Assembly (NCBI GenBank): GCA_046597055.1
Contig: JBKJLC010000174.1
Coordinates: 1 to 23,496, forward strand
From: Kofleriaceae bacterium
Lineage (GTDB): Bacteria > Myxococcota_A > Polyangia > Haliangiales > Haliangiaceae
Length of the DNA: 23,496 bases
Direction of reading: 5' to 3'
Made by a program: the position numbers and the translations under genes. Below the pieces are notes generated by a model. That model was not told the DNA's origin. It made no database searches and worked only from the letters and a program-made list of their open reading frames with translations. Positions 1-10,105 of the stretch are shown piece by piece. Each line of letters opens with the position of its first letter. Position 1 is the stretch's first letter.

Positions 1-306
1 CCTTCCCGCCCCCACCACCCTCACCGCCCGCCGCGCACACCCGCGATCGCGCCCGATCACGCCGGCGTCCGTGCCCCGCACCGAGGACGAGCCGAGGCGG
101 GGCCGGGGTCCCAGAGCGCTCGTAAGTTCCCCGGCCGGGTGGTACGCGCGTCGGCGAGCTGAGGCAATGGCACCGCCCTGCGCCGCACCCGGGGACCCCG
201 GATCGAGCCAGCGACGGGACCTCGGCTTCGCCGACGGCGCGTCCGGCCCCGCGTGACCCGACAGCCCGCGTCACTCGACGACCCGCGAAGCGGCGGGCCC
301 GCCCAC

Positions 307-2220
307 CTATCGATCGAGCTTCGGCACCAGCTGCCGCAGCTGCCACGCGGCCAGCTCGGCCCGCCGGGTCTGGTCGATGAAGCGCTGCCGGATCTTCCCG
401 GCCGCGAGCGCGACCATGATCAGGAACGCCAGCGACACGCCGACCGCCGCGATCGACGTCTGCGGCTCGCGGAAGTCGACCACGGTCGAGGTCACGTGGA
501 TGGCGCCGCCCGCCACGATCGTGGTCGGCGTGAGCACGCCGCCGGCCTCGAGCAAGAACGGCGCGACCAGGAACAGCGCGCTCACGACGACCGTCGGCCA
601 CAGCCACGCGGACCGGGCCGCGACCACGAAGCCGACCGTGTTCATCGTGAACAGCGTCGGGGTCAGCAGCATCGTGCCGGTCACCCGGGTCACGATCGCG
701 ATCGCGGTGTTCGACAGCACCAGCGCGGCGAAGTACGCGAGCGCATCCTGGCGCCCACGCGCCCGCGCCACCAGCAGCATGGTCGCGGTCGCGACCGTGA
801 AGCCGGCCCAGCCCAGCATCGGTTCGACCCGGCGGATGCCCATCCACACCAGCACCAGCGCGATCGGCAGCCACGCCAGGTAGATCCACACCCCGGCCGC
901 CGCCATCGCGGTGTACGCGCCGTTCTCGGCGGCGTCGACCGCGCGCTCGACCTCGGGCGGGCTGTCGCGCGGCGGCGCCAGCAGCAGCTCGAGCAGGAGC
1001 TTCTGGGCGGCCGGGTGGGCCGGATCGATCGCGAGCGCGCGCCCGAGCGCCGACAGCGCCGCGGCCCGGGCCCGATCGTCGCCGCGCGCGCCACGCTCGG
1101 CCTCGTCGGCGGCCTCGGCCGCGAAGCCGGCGGCCAGCGCACGCCGGCGCTCGTGGTCGCGGTCGCCGTCGAGGTAGCGCTCGATCGCCTCGCGCAGCTG
1201 CGCCACCGAGCTGAACCGATCGGCGGGCCGGGTCGCGGTGGCGCAGATGCACACCTCCTCGAGCTCGGGCGGGACGCCGGGCGCGCGCACCGAGGCGCGG
1301 GCGTCGACGCCGCCGAGCGTGACCGCCAGCACCTCGGCGACCGAGCCGCGCCCGACCAGCGGCTCGAGCGTGAGCAGCTCGAACAGGGTCGAGCCGAGCG
1401 CGTAGACGTCGGCGCGCGCGTCGACCACCTCGCTGCGCGCCTGCTCGGGGGCCATGTAGCCGGGCGTGCCGAGGAACTGCCCGGCCTGGGTCAGGCCGCC
1501 GGGCCGGTCGTCGCGGGCGAGCGCATCCGCCGCGGTGGGGTCGCGATCGAGCGGGTGCGGATCGAACGAGTCGGTGCCGCCGAGGATCTTGGCGAGGCCC
1601 CAGTCGAGCACGTACACCTCGCCGTGATCGCCGAGCATGATGTTGCCCGGCTTGAGATCGCGGTGCAGGAGGCCGCGGGCGTGCGCGACCTCGACCGCGT
1701 GGCACGCCGACAGGAACGCGGTCAGCAGCTTGCGCAGCGTGAAGCGTCGGCGCGCGGACGCCTCGCCGGCCGCGAGCCGCGTGATCACCGCGGCCAGGGT
1801 CTCGCCGCGGACCCGCTTCATCGTGAAGTACACCGCGCCGTCGCTGCGGGTACCGAGGTCGTGCACCGGCACCACCGCCGGATGATCGAGCTGGCCCTGC
1901 AGGCGCGCCTCGCGCAGGAAGCGGGTGCCGTCCTCGTCGTCCTGACCGGGACGCGCGACCTTGATCGCGACCTCGCGGCCGATGCGGCGGTCATCGGCCA
2001 GCCACACCTCGCCCATGCCGCCCTTGCCGAGCAGGTCGCGCAGCTGGTAGCGGCCGGCGTCGACCTCGCCCAGCGGCGCGTCGACCAGCTCGATCGCGGT
2101 CTTCCGGGTCGTGCGATCGCGCTCGGTCAGCGGCTCGGCCGGCCGCGTGCCAGCCGGCCGCGTCGGCGCGGTCTCGACCTCGCCGTCATCGCCGTCGTCG
2201 CCGCGCACGGGCTCGGCCAT
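307..2220 (-). CDS. Eukaryotic-like (Hanks-type) Ser/Thr protein kinase with C-terminal multi-pass membrane domain
   Basis: C-terminal 637 aa of ORF 307..2940. Motifs [25 protein letters not shown] (DFG variant), [15 protein letters not shown], followed by about 5-6 hydrophobic segments. Start moved to ATG 2220 (MAEPVRG) because the upstream part overlaps sspB and is Arg-rich shadow sequence. Confidence 0.92.
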   Translation of the reverse strand: MAEPVRGDDGDDGEVETAPTRPAGTRPAEPLTERDRTTRKTAIELVDAPLGEVDAGRYQLRDLLGKGGMGEVWLADDRRIGREVAIKVARPGQDDEDGTRFLREARLQGQLDHPAVVPVHDLGTRSDGAVYFTMKRVRGETLAAVITRLAAGEASARRRFTLRKLLTAFLSACHAVEVAHARGLLHRDLKPGNIMLGDHGEVYVLDWGLAKILGGTDSFDPHPLDRDPTAADALARDDRPGGLTQAGQFLGTPGYMAPEQARSEVVDARADVYALGSTLFELLTLEPLVGRGSVAEVLAVTLGGVDARASVRAPGVPPELEEVCICATATRPADRFSSVAQLREAIERYLDGDRDHERRRALAAGFAAEAADEAERGARGDDRARAAALSALGRALAIDPAHPAAQKLLLELLLAPPRDSPPEVERAVDAAENGAYTAMAAAGVWIYLAWLPIALVLVWMGIRRVEPMLGWAGFTVATATMLLVARARGRQDALAYFAALVLSNTAIAIVTRVTGTMLLTPTLFTMNTVGFVVAARSAWLWPTVVVSALFLVAPFLLEAGGVLTPTTIVAGGAIHVTSTVVDFREPQTSIAAVGVSLAFLIMVALAAGKIRQRFIDQTRRAELAAWQLRQLVPKLDR

Positions 2221-2237
2221 GGCGATCGCGGCCGCGC

Positions 2238-3050
2238 CTACTCGACGAGCTTGAGGTGACTGGGCCGCTTGCTGCGCGACGGCGGCAGCGGCCGGGTGCC
2301 GTCGACCGCGGCGGTCGGCCCGGTCACGCCGATGGGCCCGGGCTTGGTGCCGTCGGGGCTCGCGCCCTCGCCGGGCTGGACGTCGGGGCTGGCCAGCAGC
2401 TCGTCGGGGATGTCGTCGGGCCAGACCATGCCGCGCTGATCGCCGTCGATCACCGCCGCGTAGATCGCGGTCCACGGCAGGACGCAGTGGAACGGGACGC
2501 CGCCGAAGGTCAGCGTACCGGACAGCCCGCGCGCGTCGACGGTGAGGTCGGGGATCGCCGGCGTGAGCGCGAACCCGAACCGCAGCACCAGCTTGGGCTC
2601 GGTCTTGAAGCGGGCCGGCACCTGGACGTCGTCGCGGCGCGCGTCGAAGTGGATCAGCACCGGACCACGCCCGAGCAGGTCCTCGATCACGGTGCGCTTG
2701 TCGGGCGGCGGCGCCGCCGGCTCGGCGAGCGATCCGGCCGGCTCGATGTCGTCGGGCCGGTGCCCGGTGATCTCCTCGACCTCGTCGGCGGTGATCACGC
2801 CGGCGTCGAAGGCATCGCGGATGACGCCGTCGGGGTGGGCGGCGGCCGCCATCACGCGCTTCACCAGCGCCTCGGCCTGATTGGCGTGGCCCACCACGGC
2901 ATCGTGGGCCTCGAGGGCGGTGAGCTCGCCCTCTTTCCACCGCGCGAGGGCTCGATCGAGATCGCTGAGCGAGGCGGCGATCCGCCGCTCGATGAGCGCG
3001 GTCACCACCTCCTGGATCCGGGCCAGCCGGGGCGGGTCAGAGTCGGTCAC
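2238..3050 (-). CDS. sspB: Stringent starvation protein B-like ClpXP adaptor with extra N-terminal helical domain
   Basis: SspB-like core ([13 protein letters not shown]...LVLRFG...[31 protein letters not shown]) and C-terminal tail [12 protein letters not shown] resembling the ClpX-binding tail of SspB. Confidence 0.8.
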   Translation of the reverse strand: MTDSDPPRLARIQEVVTALIERRIAASLSDLDRALARWKEGELTALEAHDAVVGHANQAEALVKRVMAAAAHPDGVIRDAFDAGVITADEVEEITGHRPDDIEPAGSLAEPAAPPPDKRTVIEDLLGRGPVLIHFDARRDDVQVPARFKTEPKLVLRFGFALTPAIPDLTVDARGLSGTLTFGGVPFHCVLPWTAIYAAVIDGDQRGMVWPDDIPDELLASPDVQPGEGASPDGTKPGPIGVTGPTAAVDGTRPLPPSRSKRPSHLKLVE

Positions 3051-3124
3051 GGCTGGGTTCTAGCCCCGTTGTTCCCGCGGGTCCAGTGCGAACGGGACCG
3101 ACGCGAGTGCTAGGGTCTCCGACC

Positions 3125-3562
3125 GTGCCGTTCACGTACGCCACTCCGGTGCGCTTCGCCGACGTCGACCACGCCGGCATCGTCTACTACCCGCGGTTCT
3201 TCCACTACTTTCACCTGGCCTTCGAGGAGCTGTTTCGGGTTCGCATGGGCCCGCGGGCCTACGTCGACCTCCTCGACCGCCAGCGGGTCGGCTTCCCGGC
3301 GGTGCACGCCGAGGCCGACTACAAGGCGCCACTTCGGTTCGGCGACACCGCCGAGATCGAGCTGACCGTCGAGCGCATCGGCGGCTCGTCGATCACGTTC
3401 CGCTACCAGGTGTTCCGGGCCAGCGACGACCAGGTCAGTCGAGCCCTGTGTGCGGTCGGAAAGATCGTCTGCGCGGTCGTCGACCTGACGGCGTTTCAGA
3501 AGGTGCCGGTGCCCGCCGCGGTCGCGGCGCTGCTCGCCGACCTGGTCGCGCCCGCGACCTAG
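3125..3562 (+). CDS. Hotdog-fold acyl-CoA thioesterase (4HBT/YbgC family)
   Basis: [21 protein letters not shown] signature and [14 protein letters not shown] 3125 chosen as start (ORF track gives 3086). Confidence 0.88.
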   Translation: MPFTYATPVRFADVDHAGIVYYPRFFHYFHLAFEELFRVRMGPRAYVDLLDRQRVGFPAVHAEADYKAPLRFGDTAEIELTVERIGGSSITFRYQVFRASDDQVSRALCAVGKIVCAVVDLTAFQKVPVPAAVAALLADLVAPAT

Positions 3563-3689
3563 CCAGCATGGGACGGGCCTGGTGCGGGCCTGAACGCGCA
3601 TGGCCCCGCGGCTCGTGCGCCTCGAACGAGGTGCGCAAACCACGGGGCCAGCACCGATCCTCGTCGAGGATCGTCAGCGGGTTGGCGGA

Positions 3690-4202
3690 TCAGAAGGCGG
3701 CGTCGAGGTCCTTCTCGAGCGAGTCGAACCCGTTCGCGACGTCGGTCTTGAAGGCGTCCCAGCGGGCGTCGGTCTCGTTGCCGGCGCCGTCGATACGAAC
3801 CGACAGCTGATCGCGGCGCACGCGGAGGTCGGCCGCGGCCTGCTTGGACTTGGCGTCGCCGCGGGCCTTCAGCTCGTCGATCCGCGCGTCGACCTTGGCC
3901 AGGCGCTGCTTGATCTCGGTCGAGTACTGCATGCGCGCCTGGACCAGGTCCTGCTGCGCGTTGGCGAGCTCGCCCTGCTCCTTGGCGACGTCCTTCTTCT
4001 CCTCGCGAACGTCAGCGTTCGCGCCGGCGACGTCCTTCTGCTCGTCGCGGACGTCCTCGCGCTGGTCCTTCACGTTCTCGCGCGCGTTCTCCACGGCCTT
4101 GCCGGCGCTCTCGACGCCGTCGTCCTTGGACTTGCAGCCCGCGCCGGCACCAGCGAGGAGCAGAGCGGACAGGATGGGGAGGAAAATCTTGCGGGTGTTC
4201 AT
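3690..4202 (-). CDS. Coiled-coil lipoprotein of unknown function
   Basis: MNTRKIFLPILSALLLAGAGAG-C signal peptide with lipobox, then a charged heptad-rich helical region (REDVRDEQKDVA / ADVREEKKDVA internal repeat). Confidence 0.8.
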   Translation of the reverse strand: MNTRKIFLPILSALLLAGAGAGCKSKDDGVESAGKAVENARENVKDQREDVRDEQKDVAGANADVREEKKDVAKEQGELANAQQDLVQARMQYSTEIKQRLAKVDARIDELKARGDAKSKQAAADLRVRRDQLSVRIDGAGNETDARWDAFKTDVANGFDSLEKDLDAAF

Positions 4203-4215
4203 GCCTGCACCCTTG

Positions 4216-4231
4216 AGCAAGCGCTGCGCCA
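4216..4231 (-). promoter_or_regulatory. Putative sigma54 (-24/-12) promoter of the lipoprotein gene
   Basis: Minus strand TGGCGCAGCGCTTGCT matches TGGCACG-N4-TTGCW with exact GG-N10-GC spacing, 13 nt upstream of ATG 4202. Confidence 0.65.
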
Positions 4232-4266
4232 CTCCCGGACGTCATAACCGCTCAGAACCCGTATGT

Positions 4267-4279
4267 AATCAACTGACTA
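4267..4279 (+). promoter_or_regulatory. Putative IHF-binding site
   Basis: AATCAACTGACTA vs consensus WATCAANNNNTTR (one mismatch), in an AT-rich patch just upstream of the sigma54 site. Confidence 0.45.
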
Positions 4280-4418
4280 CGAGCTGTTTACAACGGGCGG
4301 TGCCGCATCACTGTGCGCGAGGAGCGCAACCCGCCACGGGTTGTCGGGGCTCCGCTACATCTCGCCGGGATCCGAGCGTCACCGACGCGGATTCAGCCGA
4401 CGAGCGCGCGCCCGGTCG

Positions 4419-4787
4419 TCAGTGCGCAGCGGCATTGCGCAGCTCGGGGTGCTCGTCGAGCCACGACTTCAGACTCTCCTCGCTGATCTCCACGACCACA
4501 TCGTCGCCCGCGGCGACGCAGGCCTGGCAGCCGAGGCGCGACTCGGGTCGCACGTCGAACGCCTTGTCCATGATGTCGTTCTCCTTGTCAGAGATCTCGC
4601 CCAGCGAGTCGAGCCCCTGCTCGACATAGATGTGGCAGGTCGAGCAGGCGAGGTTGCCACCGCAGGCGTGGCCGACCCGGGCGTCGCAGCTCTCCGCCGC
4701 GTCGAGGATCGACGTCCCGGGCGCGACGTCGATCGTGAGCTTGGCGGAGCCGGGCCCCTGGGGATTGAGGAACGTCAGCTTGGTCAC
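4419..4787 (-). CDS. fdx: ISC-type [2Fe-2S] ferredoxin
   Basis: Last 122 aa of ORF 4419..5954: [16 protein letters not shown]...SRLGCQ. GTG start overlaps the hscA stop (GTGA). Confidence 0.93.
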   Translation of the reverse strand: MTKLTFLNPQGPGSAKLTIDVAPGTSILDAAESCDARVGHACGGNLACSTCHIYVEQGLDSLGEISDKENDIMDKAFDVRPESRLGCQACVAAGDDVVVEISEESLKSWLDEHPELRNAAAH

Positions 4788-6691
4788 GAGTGGCCTCCCG
4801 GCGCGTGCGCGGGATCGGCACCGAGCTCGTGCTCGACCTCGCCGATCGTCTTGCCCTTCATCGCCGCCTCGATGGCGAGGTTCATCCGGCGCTCCGCGAA
4901 CGGCTTGGACGCCCGATCGAGCGCCTCGATCGCCGCGCGGATCGCGAGGTGATCGTCGGTGGCAACGATCCGCGCCAGCTCGGCGATCGCGGCCTGGGTG
5001 GCCACCTCGACCTCGGGCTCCAGCAGGTGCGCGTCCTTCACCATCGCGGTCCGGGTCGCCACCAGGATGCGCTCGGCCTCGACCCGCTCGATGCGGAGGT
5101 TGCGCAGCACCAGGTCGTCCTCCGCGTGCTCGAACGACTCGATCAGCATGCGCTCGACCTCCTCGTCGGTGAGCCCGTACGACGGCTTGACCTGGATCGA
5201 GGCCTCGATCCCGCTGTGGACCTCGCGGGCCTGCACGCTGAGGATGCCGTTGGCGTCGACGTTGTAGGTGATGTCGACCCGGGCCGCGCCGGCGACCATC
5301 GGCGGCACGCCGCGGAGCTGGAACCGGGCCAGCGAGCGGCACGCGTCGGCGGTCTCGCGTTCGCCCTGCACGACGTGCAGGTCGAAGCCGGTCTGCTGGT
5401 CGGCGTAGGTCGTGAACGTCTGGGTCGCGCCGCACGGGATGGTCGAGTTGCGCGCGATCAGCTTCTCGACCACGCCGCCCATCGTCTCGATGCCGAGCGA
5501 CAGCGGCACCACGTCGAGCAAGATGACGTCGCTGCTGCCACCGGCGAGCACGTCGGCCTGCACCGCGGCCCCGAGCGCGACCACCTGCTCGGGGTCGAGC
5601 TCGCACAGCGGCTCCTTGCCGAACACCGCGCGGACGTGATCGCGCACGATCGGCGAGCGGGTCGAGCCGCCAACCAGCACCACGCCGTCGAGGTCGTCGG
5701 CGCCGAGCTCGGCGTCCTTCAGCACCCGCCGGCACGCGCGGGCGGTGCGCTCGAGCAGCGGCGCGCAGATCGCGACCAGGTCGGCGCGGGTGATCCGGCG
5801 CTCGATGGTCTGGCCCGCGGCGCCGAACGCGATGATGGTCTCGCCCGACTCGGTCAGACGGTGCTTGGCCGCGCGCGCGGCCGCCAGCGCGATGGTGAGC
5901 TCGCGGCGGCCGTCGCTGTCGGTTGCGGGCGCGACCTCCTGGCCGGTTGCCCACGCCATGATCGCATGATCGATGTCGTCACCGCCGAGCGCCGAGTCGC
6001 CGCCGGTCGCCTTGACCTCGAACACGCCGTCGACCAGCGTCAGGATCGAGACGTCGAAGGTCCCGCCGCCGAGATCGTAGACGGCGTACACCCCGCGGGT
6101 GCCGCGATCGAGCCCGTAGGCGAGCGCGGCCGCGGTCGGCTCGGCCACCAGGCGCAACACCTCGAGGCCGGCCAGGCGCCCGGCGTCGCGGGTGGCCTGA
6201 CGCTGGGCGTCGTCGAAGTAGGCCGGGACCGTGATCACCGCGCCGTCGAGCGGTCCGTCCAGGGCCAGCTCGGCGCGCCGCCGGAGCTCCTTCAGGATCT
6301 CGGCCGAGACCTGCACCGGCGACACCTCGCGCCCATCGGACAGGCGGATCTTGACCATGCGGCCGGCGTCATCGACCAGGTGGTTGGGCGTGCGCAGCGT
6401 GCCGAGGTCGGCGAGCGCGCGCCCCATCAGCCGCTTGACGCTGGCGATGGTGTCGACCGGATCGTCGACCCCGCCGAGCAGCGCCGCGCGGCCGAGCCGC
6501 ACCTCGCTGCCTCGGTAGCCGACCACCGACGGCAGGAGGCCATCGCCCTCACCTCCGCGGATCACCACCGGCGACGTGTCCGCGACGTGGGCGACCAGCG
6601 AGTTGGTCGTCCCGAGATCGATGCCGACCACGCGCTTCTTGCACGCGGCCTTGGCGGCATCCTGGCCAGGCTCCGCAATCTGCAACAGCAT
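4784..6691 (-). CDS. hscA: Fe-S protein assembly chaperone HscA (Hsp70 family)
   Basis: [10 protein letters not shown]-terminus typical of Hsc[41 protein letters not shown]; located between hscB and fdx. Confidence 0.95.
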   Translation of the reverse strand: MLLQIAEPGQDAAKAACKKRVVGIDLGTTNSLVAHVADTSPVVIRGGEGDGLLPSVVGYRGSEVRLGRAALLGGVDDPVDTIASVKRLMGRALADLGTLRTPNHLVDDAGRMVKIRLSDGREVSPVQVSAEILKELRRRAELALDGPLDGAVITVPAYFDDAQRQATRDAGRLAGLEVLRLVAEPTAAALAYGLDRGTRGVYAVYDLGGGTFDVSILTLVDGVFEVKATGGDSALGGDDIDHAIMAWATGQEVAPATDSDGRRELTIALAAARAAKHRLTESGETIIAFGAAGQTIERRITRADLVAICAPLLERTARACRRVLKDAELGADDLDGVVLVGGSTRSPIVRDHVRAVFGKEPLCELDPEQVVALGAAVQADVLAGGSSDVILLDVVPLSLGIETMGGVVEKLIARNSTIPCGATQTFTTYADQQTGFDLHVVQGERETADACRSLARFQLRGVPPMVAGAARVDITYNVDANGILSVQAREVHSGIEASIQVKPSYGLTDEEVERMLIESFEHAEDDLVLRNLRIERVEAERILVATRTAMVKDAHLLEPEVEVATQAAIAELARIVATDDHLAIRAAIEALDRASKPFAERRMNLAIEAAMKGKTIGEVEHELGADPAHAPGGHS

Positions 6692-6712
6692 GAGTGACTC
6701 CGGACGAGGCGG

Positions 6713-7249
6713 TCAGGCCTCGTCCTCGAGCGCCACGTCGCATTCCTCGAGGTACCGAGAGACGTAGCGCAGGGTGATCAGGTGGCGCTTGGCCACCGCG
6801 AGCGAGCCGGCATCGCCGGCCGCGAACAGCGGCGCCAGCTGGTCGAGGATCGACCGCTGGCGCGCCTTCATGGTCGCCGCGTGGCGCGCGACCTCGTCGA
6901 GCCGACCGGCGTGGCGGGCCTCGGCCAGCTCCTCGCGCAGCTCGAGAATCTCGGTCAAAAACGTGGGATCGAGGCGCTCGTGATCGCCGATCGCGAGGCC
7001 GGCGCGGGTCAGCAGGTGCTCGGCACGGCTCTGGGGCCGACGCAGCACCTGGTACGCGTCGTTGAGCGCCCGGGTGCGGATCAACGCCTGGGCGCGCTCG
7101 GACGCCGGTGCGTTGGCGAACCGGTCGGGGTGGATCTCGCGGCTGCGCTCGCGAAAGCGCGCCTCGAGCGAGGCCACGTCCACGTCGAAGCGCGGCTCGA
7201 GGCCCAGCACCGCGAACGGATCGGGGGTGGTGGCTGACTCGGTCGACAT
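6713..7249 (-). CDS. hscB: Fe-S co-chaperone HscB (J-domain)
   Basis: DPFAVLGL...IHPDRFA (HPD motif)...LNDAYQVLRRPQSRAEHLL...FLTEILELREEL. Start placed at ATG 7249. Confidence 0.93.
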   Translation of the reverse strand: MSTESATTPDPFAVLGLEPRFDVDVASLEARFRERSREIHPDRFANAPASERAQALIRTRALNDAYQVLRRPQSRAEHLLTRAGLAIGDHERLDPTFLTEILELREELAEARHAGRLDEVARHAATMKARQRSILDQLAPLFAAGDAGSLAVAKRHLITLRYVSRYLEECDVALEDEA

Positions 7250-7266
7250 CACGGAGGCCCGGCCAG

Positions 7267-7674
7267 CTAGAACTGGACCGACTCCCCGCACCCGCACTCG
7301 CCCTTGGCGTTCGGGTTGTTGAACTTGAAGCCGTGACCCATCATCCCCTTCACGAAGTGGAGCTCCATCCCCCGGAGGTACACGAAGCTCTTGGGGTCGG
7401 TGACGACGGTGACCCCGTGGGCGGTGAAGACCTTGTCGGTCGGGCGCGGCTCGTCGGCCCACTCGAAGACGTAGGTGAAGCCCGTGCAGCCGCCGCCGCG
7501 GATGCCGACGCGGATCGCGGCAGCCGACGTGCCGCGCTTGTCACGCTGGCGCGCGATCTCCTCGCCGGCAGCGGCGGTGATCACGATGACGGTCGACGCG
7601 GCCGCCGCCTTGGCAGGTTCGGCGGCGGGCGGCGGAGAGGTCGCGGCGGATGCGGATTGGGTCGTCATCATCAA
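7267..7674 (-). CDS. iscA: A-type Fe-S carrier IscA
   Basis: GGGCTGFTY and C-terminal [18 protein letters not shown]; located within the isc operon. Confidence 0.93.
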   Translation of the reverse strand: MMMTTQSASAATSPPPAAEPAKAAAASTVIVITAAAGEEIARQRDKRGTSAAAIRVGIRGGGCTGFTYVFEWADEPRPTDKVFTAHGVTVVTDPKSFVYLRGMELHFVKGMMGHGFKFNNPNAKGECGCGESVQF

Positions 7675-7702
7675 TGCTTCACTTCCTGCGGACGCAGAGG
7701 AC

Positions 7703-8098
7703 TCAGCTGGCCGCCTTGGCGACCTGCTGCTTCTTCTTGTAGTCCTCGACCGCGGCCTTGATCGCGTCCTCGGCGAGCACCGAGCAGTGGATCTTGACCG
7801 GCGGCAGGTTGAGCTCCTGCACGATCTGCGTGTTCTTGATCGAGGCGGCCTGATCGAGCGTCATGCCCTTGATCATCTCGGTCGCCAGCGATGACGACGC
7901 GATCGCCGAGCCGCATCCGAACGTCTTGAACTTCGCGTCCTCGATGACGCCGTCCTTGACCCGGATCTGCAGCTTCATCACGTCGCCGCACGCAGGTGCG
8001 CCGACGAGCCCGGTTCCGACGTCGTCCGCATCCTTGCCGAACGAGCCGACGTTGCGGGGGTTCTCGTAGTGTTCGATGACCTTGTCGGAGTACGCCAT
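7703..8098 (-). CDS. iscU: Fe-S scaffold IscU
   Basis: [39 protein letters not shown] and LPPVKIHCS (HscA-recognition LPPVK). Confidence 0.98.
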   Translation of the reverse strand: MAYSDKVIEHYENPRNVGSFGKDADDVGTGLVGAPACGDVMKLQIRVKDGVIEDAKFKTFGCGSAIASSSLATEMIKGMTLDQAASIKNTQIVQELNLPPVKIHCSVLAEDAIKAAVEDYKKKQQVAKAAS

Positions 8099-8157
8099 GG
8101 CTGGTTCCTATCGTTCGTCGGTAGCGCGGTACGTTGGGTGGGCCGTACGGAAACGAA

Positions 8158-9456
8158 TCAGTGCGGGGTCCACTTGATGGATGCGATGTCGATGCCGTCC
8201 TGGTGCATCTCCCACAGCGGGGAAAGCTCGCGGAGACGCAGCACCGACTTCACGACCAGCTCGATCGTGTAGTCGATCTCGGCCTCGGTGTTGAACCGAC
8301 CGATGCCGAAGCGGATCGAGGTGTGGGCCAGCTCCTCGCCGACGCCGAGCGCACGGAGCACGTAGCTCGGCTCGAGCGAGGCCGAGGTGCAGGCCGAGCC
8401 CGACGACACCGCGATGTCCTTGAGCGCCATCAGCATGCTCTCGCCCTCGACGAAGGCGAACGAGATGTTGAGGTTGCCGGGCAGCCGGTGCTCGAGCGAG
8501 CCGTTCACATAGGTCTCGGTGAGCTGGCGGGTGAGGCCTTGATAGAGGCGGTCGCGCAGGGCCCCCAGGCGGATGGCCTCGTCGGCCATGTCGGCCTTGG
8601 CGACCTCGGCGGCCCTGCCGAAGCCGACGATCAGCGGAACCGGCAGGGTGCCCGAGCGCATGCCGCGCTCGTGACCGCCACCGTCGATGATGGGGTCGAT
8701 GCGCACGCGCGGCCTGCGACGCACCCACAGCGCGCCGATGCCCTTGGGACCGTACATCTTGTGTGCGGTCAGCGAGACCAGGTCGAGCTTCATCGCCTCG
8801 ACGTCGAGCGGCACCTTGCCGGCGGCCTGAACCGCGTCGGAATGGAACAGGGTCTTGGGGTTCTTGGCCTTGATCGCGGCGCCGATGGCGGCGAGCGGCT
8901 GGACCACGCCGATCTCGTTGTTGGCCGCCATGATGGAGACCAGGATCGTCTTGTCGGTGACCGCGCCGGCGACCTGCTCGGGGGTGACCAGGCCGTCCTT
9001 GGCCGGCTTGAGGTAGGTCACCTCGTAGCCCTCACGGGTGAGGCGCTTGCACGTGTCGAGGATCGCCTTGTGCTCGGTCTCGACCGTGATGATGTGGTTG
9101 CCCAGCTTCTTGTAGAACGTCGCGACGCCCTTGATCGCGAGGTTGTCGGCCTCGGTGGCACCCGAGGTGAAGACGATCTCCTTGGCATCGCCGCCGATGA
9201 GCGCGGCGACCTGTGCGCGCGCGTGCTCGACCGCGGCCTCCGCGGTCCAGCCGAACGAGTGGTTGCGGCTGGCGGCGTTGCCGAAGTGCTCGGTGAAGTA
9301 CGGCAGCATGGTCTCGAGCACCCGCGGATCGACCCGGGTCGTCGAGTGGTTGTCGAGGAAGATCGGCAACTTGATGCCGTCGGGCGCGAGCGAAAGCGAG
9401 TCGCGCTGGGTCGCGCCGTTGCCGTTCGTGCTGCTGGTGGCGGTGGTGGCGGTCAT
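8158..9456 (-). CDS. iscS: Cysteine desulfurase IscS
   Basis: [37 protein letters not shown] (PLP Lys), SSGSACTS catalytic Cys loop, [10 protein letters not shown]. Confidence 0.97.
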   Translation of the reverse strand: MTATTATSSTNGNGATQRDSLSLAPDGIKLPIFLDNHSTTRVDPRVLETMLPYFTEHFGNAASRNHSFGWTAEAAVEHARAQVAALIGGDAKEIVFTSGATEADNLAIKGVATFYKKLGNHIITVETEHKAILDTCKRLTREGYEVTYLKPAKDGLVTPEQVAGAVTDKTILVSIMAANNEIGVVQPLAAIGAAIKAKNPKTLFHSDAVQAAGKVPLDVEAMKLDLVSLTAHKMYGPKGIGALWVRRRPRVRIDPIIDGGGHERGMRSGTLPVPLIVGFGRAAEVAKADMADEAIRLGALRDRLYQGLTRQLTETYVNGSLEHRLPGNLNISFAFVEGESMLMALKDIAVSSGSACTSASLEPSYVLRALGVGEELAHTSIRFGIGRFNTEAEIDYTIELVVKSVLRLRELSPLWEMHQDGIDIASIKWTPH

Positions 9457-9459
9457 GTG

Positions 9460-10092
9460 TCAGTTGCCCTGCGAATTGGGGTGAGGATGACGCGGGGAGT
9501 CGGGCGCTGCGCTCGCCACTGTGGCGTCGGCGGAATCGGCGTCCTTCACGAGGTCGCCGACCGGAACGTCGAACTCGCGACGGCGGTGCGGCTCCGGGCG
9601 CTCGTCGGGGCGGCGCGACAGCCCGGCAAACAGCCGGGGTGCCTTGTCTCGATCGTGACCGTGGTGCCCGCACACGCCGCACTCGGTCGGCGCGTAGTCG
9701 GTCGAGCAGGCCTGACACGAGTCCAGATACGCGAGCGCCTCGTGGAGATCGTTCTCGATCACCTGGAGCTGCGTGATCTGGTCCCGGATCTCACCGAGCT
9801 TGCCGCGGAACACCGAGCGCGCGCGGTCGGTCGCCTGCTTGCCGCTGCCGGCATCGCGGAACTCGTGGACGAAGCCCTGAATCTCCGGGAGGGTGAAGCC
9901 GATCGCCTGGAGCTTGACGATCCACAGGATGCGATCGATCGCCTCGCGGCCGTACATGCGGAAGCCGCCCTCGGAGCGGGCCATCGGCTCGAGCAGGCCC
10001 AGCTCCTCGTAGAGGTGCATGGCGCGTACGGTCTTGCCGACCGCCTTTGCCAGCTCTCCCACTCGCAGGAGCTTTTCGTCGGGTTTCTGCAT
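9460..10092 (-). CDS. MerR-family transcriptional regulator with C-terminal Cx2Cx8Cx2C-GHHGH motif; first gene of the isc operon
   Basis: MerR wHTH LRVGELAKAVGKTVRAMHLYEELGLLEPMARSEGGFRMY, GFTLPEI, long coiled-coil, then CQACSTDYAPTECGVCGHHGH. Stop lies 3 nt from the iscS ATG. Start placed at ATG 10092. Confidence 0.9.
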   Translation of the reverse strand: MQKPDEKLLRVGELAKAVGKTVRAMHLYEELGLLEPMARSEGGFRMYGREAIDRILWIVKLQAIGFTLPEIQGFVHEFRDAGSGKQATDRARSVFRGKLGEIRDQITQLQVIENDLHEALAYLDSCQACSTDYAPTECGVCGHHGHDRDKAPRLFAGLSRRPDERPEPHRRREFDVPVGDLVKDADSADATVASAAPDSPRHPHPNSQGN

Positions 10093-10105
10093 GGTGCCTG
10101 ACCCA

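Noticed and set aside
161..222. Formal call as a c-di-GMP-II riboswitch
   Set aside because: Pseudoknot complementarity and the tandem GA pairs are incomplete, and no plus-strand gene lies downstream; kept only as a generic structured-RNA candidate.
253..2259. Long antisense or alternate-frame ORFs (e.g. 253..2259, 8134..10101, 10523..11947, 17676..19010, 18668..21628, 19149..21578)
   Set aside because: They overlap well-supported genes, are Arg/Gly/Pro-rich or mirror-codon translations, and reflect stop-codon scarcity at high GC.
4788..5954. Apparent 511-aa ferredoxin fusion ORF
   Set aside because: The upstream part is an alternate frame of hscA; fdx starts at GTG 4787.
4790..6697. 635-aa plus-strand ORF exactly antisense to hscA
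   Set aside because: Antisense shadow ORF of the kind well known for Hsp70 genes and GC-rich codon usage; no recognisable motifs.
9460..10092. Naming the regulator soxR, cueR or iscR
   Set aside because: Cys spacing differs from SoxR and CueR, and the fold is MerR rather than Rrf2.
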